Assembly (NCBI GenBank): GCA_963667175.2
Contig: CAXXXF010000006.1
Coordinates: 640,001 to 704,000 of the forward strand
Source: Candidatus Latescibacterota bacterium
GTDB lineage: Bacteria > Latescibacterota > UBA2968 > GCA-2709665
DNA length: 64,000 nucleotides
Reading direction: 5' to 3'
Positions 37,980-48,462 of this stretch are shown piece after piece. Numbering within the stretch: position 1 is the stretch's first letter; every line of letters starts with the position of its first letter. Under the pieces are notes generated by a model. It worked only from the letters and a program-made list of their open reading frames with translations, was not told where the DNA came from and ran no database searches. The position numbers and the translations under genes are program-made.

Positions 37980-40079
37980 TCAGTCGCGCCGCCGGTCGGG
38001 TCTCGCACCGGTTCGCCGGCCCTGTCTCTCCGATCGCACGACGATGGCCTCAACGATCATCAGGATGAACGCCAGCCCCAGCGCATGCCGCCACAGTTCC
38101 GTTCCCCCGCGCGCTTCCCTGATCGCGTCTGCCGGAGAAGCACCCGGTTCCACAATTCGCAGACGGGCGCCGTCGAACACCCGTTTCAGCCGCTCCTGTG
38201 AGGCGGGCGTCGGATCCCCTTCATCGGGGTCGATACGAACGGCGAACCGGTCCGCCAGCCGATCCCTGGCATAAATCTCCCACACACCGGGGACGTCCAC
38301 CTCCCCGACCGGCCAAACCGACTGAACGCCGCGCTGTTCGGGCCAGATCGTCCTCGGCTCACCCGTGGGAGGCTTCAGCAGGGCCTCCCGGGCCCGAACG
38401 TCGGAACGGTTGCGGTATACCACGTCGCCGACGGAATAATCGGACTGACCGGGAGCGCCCGCGGCGAGATATTGGCTCAGCCGATGGATGAACGGAACGA
38501 AGAACCCCGTAAGGGGCAGGTCGGTCCATCGCCGATCTGTATTCAAACCGGCGGCAAACAGCATCACTCGACCGGCGCCGACGTCGGTTTCGACCAGGGC
38601 GGGGTCGCCGTTGCGGAAGATCAGGACGGGCATTGCCGGTTCCCCCGGTCGTATCCGTATGTACGCGTAAAACCGGGGGCTTCGCAGCCCCTCCGCTGAA
38701 GCGATGGCTTCGAATATCGAATGATCAGACGGCGGCTCACGCAGCCTGTGATAGGTGGTTTCCTGGCCTGGAGAGCCTTCAACACCCACGAGCGACCCCG
38801 GAAACAGGCCTGGTAGCAGCGTGGAATTGTAAAACCGGAAGTCCACCCGATCCCCAAGGAGAATCATCAGGCCCATACCGTTCCGAACCCGATATTCCAT
38901 GACCTTCGAAGTACCGGCGGGCAGCCGCGACACATTAAACAGCATGGCAGCATCGGTCCGGTTCAGAAGATCAGCGTTCAATTCGTCCGGCCGGACCTTC
39001 CGAACCGATACCGTCTGCGCCGACCCGGCGTCGAGGGCCTTCGAGACAAAATAGGTCTCGTCCTCGTTCTCTGCCACCAGCAGCACCCGGATCCTTTCGG
39101 GGACATTAAGGACCGACGTGTAGACGTTGTCCGCCGCAAGGTCGTCGTCACCCAGTTCCACGCGCAGGGGTACCTGTCCTCCCCTCTCCGGGGCGAAGCG
39201 GAAGTGGAGACGACGGGAGGCGCCGGGCTCGGTACGTACCACCTGCTGACCGATCCGGCGCCCGTCAAGGTAAACCTGTACCGGCGCCCGCAGCCGGACG
39301 GGGCCACCGTAGTCCGTCAGCGATACCCTCAGTGTCGAAGCGCTTCCGGCGGCAAGAATCCCTTCGATCGGAAACGCGTCGCGGATCCCCACGTTATTCG
39401 CCTCGGATTGCCGTACCGGAATGCAAAACACGGAAATATCACGTCCTCTGAAGAGCGTGTCCGGGACCGCGGCCCAGCCGTTTCGCGAAAAATCCGAAAT
39501 GACGTAGAGCTCTCTGTTCTGAATCGCCGATCGGGAGACATGCGACAGCGCAGCCTCAAGTGCGGAACGAAAGTTTGTTCCTCTGTGTGTGGACTTCAGG
39601 ACCTCAAGCCGCGCCGCAAGTCGGTCGGGGCGGCCCGGCCGGATTTCCTCCACCCGGTCATCCACCTGAAAGAGGCGCACGTCGTCCTGGGTATCGAACA
39701 GTTGCAGGACCTCTTTCGCCCGGTTCCGAGCGCGGCCAAACAGGGTTCCTTCGGGTACCCTGTAGCTCATGCTCAGAGACCGGTCGAGCAGAAGCACGGC
39801 CGACGTTCGCAGGGCGCCATTGCCCGGTACACCTTTCAACGTGGGACGGGCAAACCCGAGTACCAGGAACAAAATGACCAGCGTGCGGAGAATCAGGAGC
39901 AGGATCTGCTTTAATCTGACCCGCCGCATTCGATCCTGCTGAAGGGTCTGCAGGAGAGCCACGTTACTGAACGCAACGGTTACGGTCCGCCGACGGTTGA
40001 GAAGGTGAATCGCCAGCGGCAGCAGCGCGGCCCATAACCCGTGCAGCATGGCCGGTGATGAAAAGGAGAGACCAAACAT
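37980..40079 (-). CDS. BatA N-terminal double-TM / vWA domain protein
   Basis: P..IHLL.RRR....FS....L..LLL.LR.L....L.L.FARP; DRSLSM MIDAS; YVISDF; C-term TM. Confidence 0.82.
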   Translation of the reverse strand: MFGLSFSSPAMLHGLWAALLPLAIHLLNRRRTVTVAFSNVALLQTLQQDRMRRVRLKQILLLILRTLVILFLVLGFARPTLKGVPGNGALRTSAVLLLDRSLSMSYRVPEGTLFGRARNRAKEVLQLFDTQDDVRLFQVDDRVEEIRPGRPDRLAARLEVLKSTHRGTNFRSALEAALSHVSRSAIQNRELYVISDFSRNGWAAVPDTLFRGRDISVFCIPVRQSEANNVGIRDAFPIEGILAAGSASTLRVSLTDYGGPVRLRAPVQVYLDGRRIGQQVVRTEPGASRRLHFRFAPERGGQVPLRVELGDDDLAADNVYTSVLNVPERIRVLLVAENEDETYFVSKALDAGSAQTVSVRKVRPDELNADLLNRTDAAMLFNVSRLPAGTSKVMEYRVRNGMGLMILLGDRVDFRFYNSTLLPGLFPGSLVGVEGSPGQETTYHRLREPPSDHSIFEAIASAEGLRSPRFYAYIRIRPGEPAMPVLIFRNGDPALVETDVGAGRVMLFAAGLNTDRRWTDLPLTGFFVPFIHRLSQYLAAGAPGQSDYSVGDVVYRNRSDVRAREALLKPPTGEPRTIWPEQRGVQSVWPVGEVDVPGVWEIYARDRLADRFAVRIDPDEGDPTPASQERLKRVFDGARLRIVEPGASPADAIREARGGTELWRHALGLAFILMIVEAIVVRSERQGRRTGARPDRRRD

Positions 40080-40290
40080 GCCGATCAGAACTTGAAACGT
40101 GGAATCAGGCGTTCGCGTTACCCCATCTGCCGGGCGGCGAGGAGACTCGTGCTCCGGTCTGTCGTCTGCGTTCAGTCCGCCCGGTTCGACGGACGCCGGG
40201 AGGGTTCCCGGGATTCCGCGCCACGCACAAAAAAAACCTGCTTCTCAAGCGATCGCAGGCAGTTGCGCTTCGGGACGGGTTCGATCCGGA

Positions 40291-40752
40291 TCAGGAATGG
40301 TGTTTCTCTTCTTCTTCGATACAGGCAATGAGCGACTCCCGGTCCTCGGATTCGATGAGATGCCGGCGAAACGCCTCGCCTTTGAGCACGCGGGAGATGC
40401 GCGCGAGCGCCTTGATGTGCGGTCCGGAAACATCCATTGGCGAAACCAGAAGAAAGAAGATGAACGTCGGCTGGTCGTCCAGCGCGTCGAAGTCGACGCC
40501 ATCCCGCTTAATCCCCAGTACGCCGCCCAGTTCGCTCACGTATTCGGATTTGCCGTGCGGAATGGCGATCCCGTGTCCGATACCGGTACTCATGATTTCC
40601 TCGCGCAGAAGCACGGCGTCCAGGACCCTCCCGCGATCGGTTATCTTGTCACCGTCTACGGCATCGACCAGCTCCTCGAGTATTTCCCGTTTGTTCCGGC
40701 CCCTCAACCCGGCAATGACCGACCTGCCAGAAAGAATCTCCATAAGGGTCAT
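40291..40752 (-). CDS. PTS IIA (Ntr/Fru-type) protein
   Basis: LLREEIMSTGIGHGIAIPHG, GVDFDALD, HIKALARISR. Confidence 0.9.
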   Translation of the reverse strand: MTLMEILSGRSVIAGLRGRNKREILEELVDAVDGDKITDRGRVLDAVLLREEIMSTGIGHGIAIPHGKSEYVSELGGVLGIKRDGVDFDALDDQPTFIFFLLVSPMDVSGPHIKALARISRVLKGEAFRRHLIESEDRESLIACIEEEEKHHS

Positions 40753-40943
40753 GAAAACGTCTCCCGCGAACACCCCCAAAACGCCGTCAACATCCTGTTC
40801 CCGCGCCACCTGGTCAAGCGAGGCGAAAAATAACCCATACCTGGTTCGTAGTCAAGGGAAATGGCGCAGAAGAACGCGGGGATGCGCCAATGCCGTCACC
40901 GGAGATCCCCGTACCGGGATCAGCGACGCCGCGGCGCCGGAAG

Positions 40944-42737
40944 TCACGGTTCCGCACGGCCCCGAATCAGCAGTTCCCGTTCATAGCTGCGCAGCAGGTC
41001 CGAACGAGTGATGATCCCTTCCAGCTCTGCCGGCGAACCGGTACGAAGTACCGGCAGCGTATCCGCATCCACGTTCGAAAACTGAACAAGCGCGTCGGCC
41101 AGTGAACTCGAGAGCTCGAGGGCGGCCGGCGGTTGGCTCATCACGTCCTCGGCGATGAGCAACGCGTGCATATCGTACTCGAGCATCACTTCCCGTATGT
41201 CGTGAAACCAGATCATCCCCTTGAACCCGCCCTTGTCGTCCACGACGGGGAAATCGTTCAAATTGCTGCGGCCGATCAGGTCGACGATTTCACGCAACGG
41301 CGTGTGTTCCCTGATGAAGTCGAAATCCGGACGGACGATTCGCGAGACCGGGAGTCGTTCCAATACCGACAGGTCCCGTCCCTGGTGTATATTCAACCCC
41401 CTGCGCCTGAGCTTGAGCGAATAGATGGACTCGCGCTCGATGACGCGCGCCATCGCCACCGCGAGAACCGTGGCGAACATCAACGGCAGGATGAGGCGGT
41501 AGTTTCCCGTCATCTCCACAATAATCAGCGAAGACGTCAGGGGGGCGTGCGTGGTGGCCGCCACGAAGGCGCTCATGCCAACCACGGCATATGCGCCGGA
41601 GGGGCTGACGACGCCGGGCAGCCAGGTCGCCGCGAGGCGGCCGAAAGCCCCGCCGAGGGTGGCCCCCATGAAGAGCGACGGCGCGAACAGGCCGCCCGAT
41701 GCGCCGGAGCCGACCGTCAAAGAGGTACTGAGCAGTTTCAACCCCAGCAACAGACCCAGCATAGGCAGCAGGATCTGACCGTGAAGCGCGGCGCCGATGA
41801 TCTCGTAACCCACGCCCAGGGCGGGCGGACACCCGAGACCGATAATTCCGACCAGCGCGCCGCCGACGGCCGGTTTCAGCCATACGGGCATCCCATGCGC
41901 GCGGCGGTTGAAGAGATCCTCCGTCGCGTACAGCAGGCGTATGAACGCAACGCCCGCGATGCCCGCGAGAACGGCCAGTATAACGTACCATCCCAACTCG
42001 TGGAGATTGACGAACTGATAGTCCGGCACCTCGAAGACCTGTCGTTCTCCCATGTAGGCCTTTGCAACGACGGCCGACATCACGGAAGCGATTACCACGG
42101 GGGTAAAGGCGGCAATCGTAAAGTCTCCGAGGATGATCTCCAGGGAAAAAAGCACACCCGCGATCGGCGCGTTGAAAATGGCCGAGATACCGGCCGAAGC
42201 GCCACAGGCAATCAGTGTCTTCAGGTTCGCTTCCGAGAATCTGAAGAGTCGCCCGACAGTGGATCCCCACGCGGCGCCGATCTGGATGATCGGCCCTTCG
42301 CTTCCGGCCGACCCGCCGGATCCGAGTGTGAACGCAGACGCAAACGCCTTGGCGACCATCACGCGTGCGCGAATGACCCCGCGCCTGGTGATGATTGCGT
42401 TCATCACTTCCGCAACGCCTGGCCCGCGCGCCTCTACCGCGTAGAAGCATGCGATCAGACCGGCGGCCAGACCACCCACGGCCGGAATGAGGGGAAACAG
42501 GAAGGATTTGCCCAGCAATGCGGGCGCGTCTACAAGCAACAACCCGTGCACCGCGTCCAGCAGCCACTGAAACAGCACGGAACCGGCCCCGCAACCGACC
42601 CCGATCAGAATGGCCAGCCCGATCAGGAAGGTCTGTTCGCTAAGGTTTAACCTCGGGAAGAACCGAACGATGCGGTTCCGGAAGCGGTTCGTCGGGTTGG
42701 GGGAAGTCAAAATCGATGGCGCGGGATCGACATCCAC
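40944..42737 (-). CDS. ClC-family chloride channel/antiporter with CBS pair
   Basis: GPGVAEV, GGSAGSEGP, FNAPIAG, GGLFAPSLFMG, IY; C-term CBS (FPVVD, GIITRSD). Confidence 0.92.
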   Translation of the reverse strand: MDVDPAPSILTSPNPTNRFRNRIVRFFPRLNLSEQTFLIGLAILIGVGCGAGSVLFQWLLDAVHGLLLVDAPALLGKSFLFPLIPAVGGLAAGLIACFYAVEARGPGVAEVMNAIITRRGVIRARVMVAKAFASAFTLGSGGSAGSEGPIIQIGAAWGSTVGRLFRFSEANLKTLIACGASAGISAIFNAPIAGVLFSLEIILGDFTIAAFTPVVIASVMSAVVAKAYMGERQVFEVPDYQFVNLHELGWYVILAVLAGIAGVAFIRLLYATEDLFNRRAHGMPVWLKPAVGGALVGIIGLGCPPALGVGYEIIGAALHGQILLPMLGLLLGLKLLSTSLTVGSGASGGLFAPSLFMGATLGGAFGRLAATWLPGVVSPSGAYAVVGMSAFVAATTHAPLTSSLIIVEMTGNYRLILPLMFATVLAVAMARVIERESIYSLKLRRRGLNIHQGRDLSVLERLPVSRIVRPDFDFIREHTPLREIVDLIGRSNLNDFPVVDDKGGFKGMIWFHDIREVMLEYDMHALLIAEDVMSQPPAALELSSSLADALVQFSNVDADTLPVLRTGSPAELEGIITRSDLLRSYERELLIRGRAEP

Positions 42738-42979
42738 CGTATAATCCCTTTGTTGCGGTTGGTGGTCGGCGTACGCGAAGCCGATTTCGACAGATGAGTA
42801 TACCCGCCGCCACGCGCACTGTCAAGCGGAAAGCGGAAATTTCGTGCCACGTGAAAACTTGAAACATTTGGGATGAATCGGCGTAAAACGGGGGAACTCT
42901 GCGCCTTCGGCCTGGAAACATGCCGATTCCCCGGTCGTTTGCGCCCGGATCCGCCCTGCTTGAAACCGAAAGGAACGTC

Positions 42980-45388
42980 ATGCGACCTGTTGGACCCGTA
43001 CCGAAATCTGTCTCCACCGTGTGCTTGATCTGTTTGTTGGCGCCGTCGAACGTTTTCTCGCTGCCGCCGTCAACCGCGGACTCCCTCTACGCTCAGGGTC
43101 AATCGGCACAACGACTGGACGACGTGCGTGAAATCGTCTCCCGGCTCAACGCCGCCCTCCCCGCGGCCGGCCATCCCGCGGGACTGCTGGTTCGCATCGG
43201 CAACCTGTACTTGCGGCTTCAGGAGGCGGACAGCGCGAACGTCGCCTTCAATGCCGCCGTTGACCGTGACTCCACGCTGGCGGGCGCCTTTCTTGGCCTG
43301 GGCGAGGTCCTGCTGGAACTCCGGAACAGGCCCCGATCCGCGCTTGTGCCGCTGCAGCGGGCCGTCGATCTGGATTCCACGTACGCGGAAGCCCATTTCA
43401 TGTTGGCCCGCGCGTATCTGCGATCCAGAAAAACCACGGCCGCACGGCGTGCTGCAGACAAGAGCATCCAGGCGGATCCGAAGTTCGCGGCGCCGTACCT
43501 GTTTCTGGCAAAGCTCTACCAGCGGGAAAACAACAACCGGGTAGCCCATACGTTTTACAAACAGTATCTCGATCAGCGCCCGAACGACCAGACCGCAGCC
43601 TACGAATTCGCCGTAGAACTGCTCAAGCAGAAAGAACTCGACAGGGCCAGGGAAATCGCCGAACGTCTGGGCGGGCTGCGCGGTTTGCCGATTGTCGCCC
43701 AGGCACTGATGGCCGATCGGGACTACGAAGGCGCGCTGGCGGCTTTCTCGCGGTACATCGACGGCCTCGTTCCGGAGGAACAGGCCCTCTTCGAAGACAT
43801 TTCGCTGGTGGGCCTGCCCCGGGAAGTGAAGGCCTTTCGAACGACGACGCCGGAAACCCGCGAGGCGTTCCTCCGGAACTTCTGGCTCAGAAAAGACCCC
43901 TTCAAGTCGTCTGCCGGCGCCATGCGACGGGCCGAGCATTACCGCCGGGTGTGGTACGCGCGCGCCTTCTTCGGAAGGAAGAAATTCCCGTATGACCGGA
44001 GGGGCCAGATCTATATTCGATACGGAGAGCCGGACTTCCGCTCCAGCTGGCGTGAACTCAACGCCCAGATGCCGCTTGACGTCCAGCGGGTGCAGGAGAG
44101 GATGGCGCACCAGCTGTACGGGAACAAGGCCCTGGCCCTGACGTTCGTGGGACCGGTCTATCCCATTCGCTCCGCCCAGGCCGCGGAAAACACCTGGCGC
44201 AACTCGGAGGTGCGGGCAACCTCACAACCGATTCAGACCATAGACGAAGCCGCGGTCGGCCTGGAACGCTACAAGCCCATAACCTCCAGCGGAGACTGGT
44301 CCGCCGTTCCCTGGGCGGTCTGGATATACGCGGACATCGACGGCGGCGTAGAAATCGCCTTCACGGACGAGTTCAACACGGGTAACTTCGACTACGCGCC
44401 GGAACCGGTCCTCGGCCCGGAAGACATCAATGAATACAACATGCAGAGCCGCGGCGGCCCGTTCCGCAACATGATCAACCGGCTGAACACCCTGTCGCCC
44501 GCGGCCCGGATGTCCAGGGTCGCCAGTAAGGAACCCGAACGATTCGCCTTCGAAGCGCTGGAACCCTTGGACTTCTATTACGAGGCCCTGTCCTTCAGAG
44601 GGCAGGACGGCAAAACCGAACTTCAACTCAACCTGGGACTGCCCATTGACAACGTCGCCCGGCCCGAAGACATCGACACGACCGTCGTCGTCAATCGCCG
44701 CGTCGCGCTCGTCGACAGCCGCCGCGCCCGGCTCCACAAACGGAAAGACGACCTCGCCGTCCCGGTTACGGACGCAAACCTGGGCCGGAGCCTGCTGGCG
44801 CTGGACCGCGTTGACATGGCCGCGGCACCCGGCGTGTACCAGCTTGCCGTGGAAGCATGGCGGACAAACACGGACATGCTCCAGGTCTACCAGCAGACCC
44901 TGAACCTGCCCGATTACAGCGGCGACGAACTCATGATGAGCGATATCCAGATCGCACAGAGCGTACGGGAAGCCAGTGACGGGGCCGATCCGAAATTCGT
45001 GCGCCAGGGCTGGAATATCCTTCCGGCGCCATCCCGCGCCTTCTACGTTGGCAACTCCGTTTTTGTCTATTTCGAAGTCTATAACCTCGAAAAGGACGCC
45101 TTCGGAAATACCCGCTACGAAGTGACGTTCGAGGTCGTCTCCAAGTCCACGAGCAACACGTCCCCCAGAACCTTCCTGCCCAGAATCCGCAAGGACGGCG
45201 AAGCCATTGAAGTTCGATACGAGCAGGTCGGTACCGATATCCGGGTCTCGGACTTTGTGGAACTGGATCTGGGACAGGCGGATCAGGGTCGTTACTCGCT
45301 CCACATGACGGTCAAGGACCTGAACGCCGACCGGACCATCAAACGCGACAGTCTCTTCCGGATTGCATCGCCCCCGCGCCGGCGATAG
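42980..45388 (+). CDS. GWxTD-domain protein with TPR repeats
   Basis: Signal peptide, TPRs, FW..KDP...EHYRRV.YA...F...DRRG.IYIRYGEPD. Confidence 0.8.
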   Translation: MRPVGPVPKSVSTVCLICLLAPSNVFSLPPSTADSLYAQGQSAQRLDDVREIVSRLNAALPAAGHPAGLLVRIGNLYLRLQEADSANVAFNAAVDRDSTLAGAFLGLGEVLLELRNRPRSALVPLQRAVDLDSTYAEAHFMLARAYLRSRKTTAARRAADKSIQADPKFAAPYLFLAKLYQRENNNRVAHTFYKQYLDQRPNDQTAAYEFAVELLKQKELDRAREIAERLGGLRGLPIVAQALMADRDYEGALAAFSRYIDGLVPEEQALFEDISLVGLPREVKAFRTTTPETREAFLRNFWLRKDPFKSSAGAMRRAEHYRRVWYARAFFGRKKFPYDRRGQIYIRYGEPDFRSSWRELNAQMPLDVQRVQERMAHQLYGNKALALTFVGPVYPIRSAQAAENTWRNSEVRATSQPIQTIDEAAVGLERYKPITSSGDWSAVPWAVWIYADIDGGVEIAFTDEFNTGNFDYAPEPVLGPEDINEYNMQSRGGPFRNMINRLNTLSPAARMSRVASKEPERFAFEALEPLDFYYEALSFRGQDGKTELQLNLGLPIDNVARPEDIDTTVVVNRRVALVDSRRARLHKRKDDLAVPVTDANLGRSLLALDRVDMAAAPGVYQLAVEAWRTNTDMLQVYQQTLNLPDYSGDELMMSDIQIAQSVREASDGADPKFVRQGWNILPAPSRAFYVGNSVFVYFEVYNLEKDAFGNTRYEVTFEVVSKSTSNTSPRTFLPRIRKDGEAIEVRYEQVGTDIRVSDFVELDLGQADQGRYSLHMTVKDLNADRTIKRDSLFRIASPPRRR

Positions 45389-45433
45389 CGGCCCGCGCGG
45401 GCCAGGCATCGGGATACACGGCGGTCCGGACGA

Positions 45434-45982
45434 TCATCCCACCCGCGTCACCAGGGCGCCGGCCACACGATCGTGCAGCGCCTGCCGGTCCGGATGGCGG
45501 CGCGTGATCCAGACAAGCACGAAGCCCAGCAGCCAGCCCGAATAGAAGACGATTGACCAGGCATAAAGGCTCTCGGCATCGAAATCCTCCGGCGGCGTCA
45601 GGACACGCCCCGCGTCCAGAGCCACCTGATGCGGATCCGCATACGGGTTCAGCGCGGACAGGGCAATGACAAACCCGAAAATCGGCGTCCACTTCACCGC
45701 CGAACGAACCCATGCCCGTGTACGCCCGATCGCGCCGCCGTCCACGGAGATGACCTTCAGGCTCATCATGATCTTGCCCGGCGTCTGTCCCCTGCGTGCA
45801 AGAAATACGGTACCGTAGACCAGCGTTATCCCATATACCAGAACAAGCGCCGCAATGGGAGAGGGCGTGATTTCTCTCAATGCGCGGGAAAGCGGCAGAT
45901 CCAGAAGCTTCAGCATCAGCACGTCGATCACCAGCGCGAGAAACCGTTTCCCCAGCCCGGCCATCTCATCATGCATCAGCAT
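45434..45982 (-). CDS. RDD family membrane protein
   Basis: AG..KRFLA..ID, GQTPGK..M.LKV, RQALHDRVAG..V. Confidence 0.85.
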   Translation of the reverse strand: MLMHDEMAGLGKRFLALVIDVLMLKLLDLPLSRALREITPSPIAALVLVYGITLVYGTVFLARRGQTPGKIMMSLKVISVDGGAIGRTRAWVRSAVKWTPIFGFVIALSALNPYADPHQVALDAGRVLTPPEDFDAESLYAWSIVFYSGWLLGFVLVWITRRHPDRQALHDRVAGALVTRVG

Positions 45983-46406
45983 CGTCTTGATCCCCTGCGT
46001 CCGACCTCGGCGCGTGAAGCTCTATCGGCAGATACTCCCTGAAACGCCGAAAATCGCCGTCGGTGGTAAAGATCGGCATCCGGTACCGATGGGAGACCGC
46101 GCAGATCAGAAAATCGGTGTTTGAGCCTTGAATACCCCGCCGCCGGCTCAGGTTGAAAAAATCGGCCGCGCATTCGTAGTCCGCAGCTTCGAGCGGCAGG
46201 TCGGGAAACGCACGCAGGCGGCTTCGGAGTTTCTCAAATTGACCCTGTATTCGGATTCCGGAGAGGATTTCCTGTCGGATGGGCCCGATCAGCTGGACGC
46301 GGAGCTCGCGGACCAGTTCCCCGAACTCTTCAGCGACCGGATGTTCGGAAACCGCCTTGCGCCGCAGAGAAAGGGACCAGACACTCGTATCCACCACGAC
46401 CTTCAT
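45969..46406 (-). CDS. vapC: VapC PIN toxin
   Basis: VVVDTSVWS, QEILSG, TDFLICA, IFTTDGDF. Confidence 0.9.
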   Translation of the reverse strand: MKVVVDTSVWSLSLRRKAVSEHPVAEEFGELVRELRVQLIGPIRQEILSGIRIQGQFEKLRSRLRAFPDLPLEAADYECAADFFNLSRRRGIQGSNTDFLICAVSHRYRMPIFTTDGDFRRFREYLPIELHAPRSDAGDQDDADA

Positions 46407-46603
46407 TGCCGTTTCCGCTGTTTCTTATCGTCGAAATCCGGATCGTAGTCGATCGTATGAAGCAGGTCCAGTATCCGGAGTTGCGTCCGACGCTGGACGT
46501 ATTCTTTCAGAGCCTCGGTGACAACGGCCTTTTTCGTTCTGTGCCCCCCGATGCGACGGGCTTCCTCGATCAACCCGTCATCGAGCGCGAGATTGGTCGC
46601 CAT
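46403..46603 (-). CDS. vapB: VapB antitoxin
   Basis: MATNLALDD.LI.EA..IGGH.TKK.VV.EAL.EY; ATGA overlap. Confidence 0.9.
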   Translation of the reverse strand: MATNLALDDGLIEEARRIGGHRTKKAVVTEALKEYVQRRTQLRILDLLHTIDYDPDFDDKKQRKRQ

Positions 46604-46618
46604 CTTTCACCTCCACGT

Positions 46619-46656
46619 TTACACATAAACTTACACAATGTAATGTGTAAGAGCAA
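46619..46656 (-). promoter_or_regulatory. vapBC promoter/operator
   Basis: TTGCTC-17-TAAGTT; IR TTACACAT...ATGTGTAA (46619-46650). Confidence 0.65.
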
Positions 46657-46733
46657 GCGAGTTTCCGAAGACCGGTCTTCCATCCCTGTTGTCGCGTCAG
46701 AAAATCATCGAATGATCGAAGGAGGTGTAAGCC

Positions 46734-47852
46734 TTGCGACTCCTGCAGTTTCACGATCCATCCGCGCGGAGTCCTTCGCGTCTCGGGCTAGTCGAGGACG
46801 ACGTGGTCCGGGACCTCACGTCGTGCGAGCCGTACCCCGTCTCGATATACGACCTGTACTATGCGCATGGAGGCGACGCCCGCGGGTTGGACAGGGTGGT
46901 CGCGGACGTCGACGCCGCGAACGCCCGTGCCCGCAGCCTGGCGGAACTGTTGAACAACGATCCGCACGCCGGACGGCCGCACCTGATCTCTCCCGTCACG
47001 CCGCCGCCCGGCCAACCCCAGAAGTTGCGTGTCTGGCTGGCCGGCGTCACCCACGCCGACAGCGCCAGGCTGCGGGAGACGGAAGCGAAAGAGGCCACCG
47101 GCGGCGCCGTAAACGTGTACGACCAGAAATACCGCGAGTGCGCGGGCGGCGGTATACCGGAACTCTTCGCGAAGACCGGCGCGGACGCGCTGGCCGGACA
47201 TCGCGGGCGCATCGCCAGGCCCTGCGACACCCGGCGCCTCGTGCCGGAAACCGAACTGGTCACCGTGTACGGGCTGGACTCCCGGGGTCAGATCGAACGT
47301 CTGGGCTATACCGGCGGCAACGACTACACCGACAACGGTATTGAAGCCGAAAATCCGCTGAATCTTCCCCAGGCCAAGAACTGGGCCGGCGGTTGCGCGA
47401 GCCTGGGGCCCGTTCTGGTCACGGATTCCGAATTCGACGACGCCGGCGTCGCCGTCTCGTGCGAAATCCTGAGAGACGACGTTCGAATCGCCCGCAAGGC
47501 CGGCCATACCGGGCAGAATCACCTCAATATGCCCGATCGCCTCTTCCACCTGGAGCGGTCTCTCTTCAGCCGCCTGCCCCTGCCGGAGAAGACTCTGCAG
47601 TTGTTGTACTGGGGCACGCCCATCGTCTTTTCGGAAGCCGACCTGCCCAACGGCCTTCAGGTTGACGACGTCGTCCGGATGTCGTTCAGCGGTATCGGCG
47701 ACCTGGAGAATACGATCGGGCCATTCAGCGGAAACCGCCAGTTGTCCTGGCTGGAAACGAACCGGCGGCAGGGTGGCGGTTTCAACGTCACCGCGCAAGG
47801 CGACGGATCCGTGCCTACAAGACCCGATCGTGTCCCCACGGATCCTGTTTGA
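46734..47852 (+). CDS. Fumarylacetoacetate hydrolase family protein
   Basis: VW.AGVT, PELF.K, VPETEL, GYT.GND....IE.ENPL.LPQAK, LGP; GGAGG RBS + TTG. Confidence 0.8.
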   Translation: MRLLQFHDPSARSPSRLGLVEDDVVRDLTSCEPYPVSIYDLYYAHGGDARGLDRVVADVDAANARARSLAELLNNDPHAGRPHLISPVTPPPGQPQKLRVWLAGVTHADSARLRETEAKEATGGAVNVYDQKYRECAGGGIPELFAKTGADALAGHRGRIARPCDTRRLVPETELVTVYGLDSRGQIERLGYTGGNDYTDNGIEAENPLNLPQAKNWAGGCASLGPVLVTDSEFDDAGVAVSCEILRDDVRIARKAGHTGQNHLNMPDRLFHLERSLFSRLPLPEKTLQLLYWGTPIVFSEADLPNGLQVDDVVRMSFSGIGDLENTIGPFSGNRQLSWLETNRRQGGGFNVTAQGDGSVPTRPDRVPTDPV

Positions 47853-48126
47853 CAATCTCGAATTCCTTGACCGGGCTCCGGCCGTGCGGCGGGTCATGCA
47901 GCGTCGTCGGGTTGTAGGAGGCCCCGGCCAGCTTCAGCAGCGAATCCAGCTGGGACTGACCCAGCGTGAGTCCGCCAAGAAACATCTCGTCGCCGTTGAT
48001 ATCCTTCACGGTTGTGCCGTCCGGCCCCACGAACACCCGGCGCAACGCCCGCAAGTCCGCACGGTGTTCCCGGAAATACGTCAGCGCGCGGGCGGGGTCA
48101 TTGCCGTCGTACCTGAGGTCGGGCAT
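47815..48126 (-). CDS. Hypothetical protein
   Basis: GAGGAGG RBS, ATG, 103 aa with typical codon usage. Confidence 0.55.
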   Translation of the reverse strand: MPDLRYDGNDPARALTYFREHRADLRALRRVFVGPDGTTVKDINGDEMFLGGLTLGQSQLDSLLKLAGASYNPTTLHDPPHGRSPVKEFEIVKQDPWGHDRVL

Positions 48127-48294
48127 CGTTAACCTCCTCGTTTCATGACGTATTCAGGCATCGTTAAGAGAGTCCGCAGATAAGACGGGAATATGGAGGA
48201 ACCACCGGAATCGGGCAAGCGGATTCAACGACCGCCATCGGCAATTCGCCACCCGCTGCTGGCGTTCCGGCGAGGGAACCGGTCAAAACAGCCC

Positions 48295-48346
48295 TTGCAG
48301 ACCGGATGCGATTGCGTTATATTTAGTCTGTTCTATTCCATAGAAT
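48295..48346 (+). promoter_or_regulatory. PFOR promoter with downstream palindromic operator
   Basis: TTGCAG-17-TATATT; TTCTAT-TCC-ATAGAA in an AT-rich tract. Confidence 0.55.
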
Positions 48347-48462
48347 TTAGTTTTTCTAATTGAATACATAAACGAAGATACAACACGTCCGATCGTGAAT
48401 CGGGCTGGTAGACCGGCGTCCGGATCGACCACGCCGTGCGCCAATTGAAGAGGAGAACCGCT

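Noticed and set aside
41133-42650. 505-aa plus and 434-aa alternative-frame ORFs
   Set aside because: Shadows of the ClC gene
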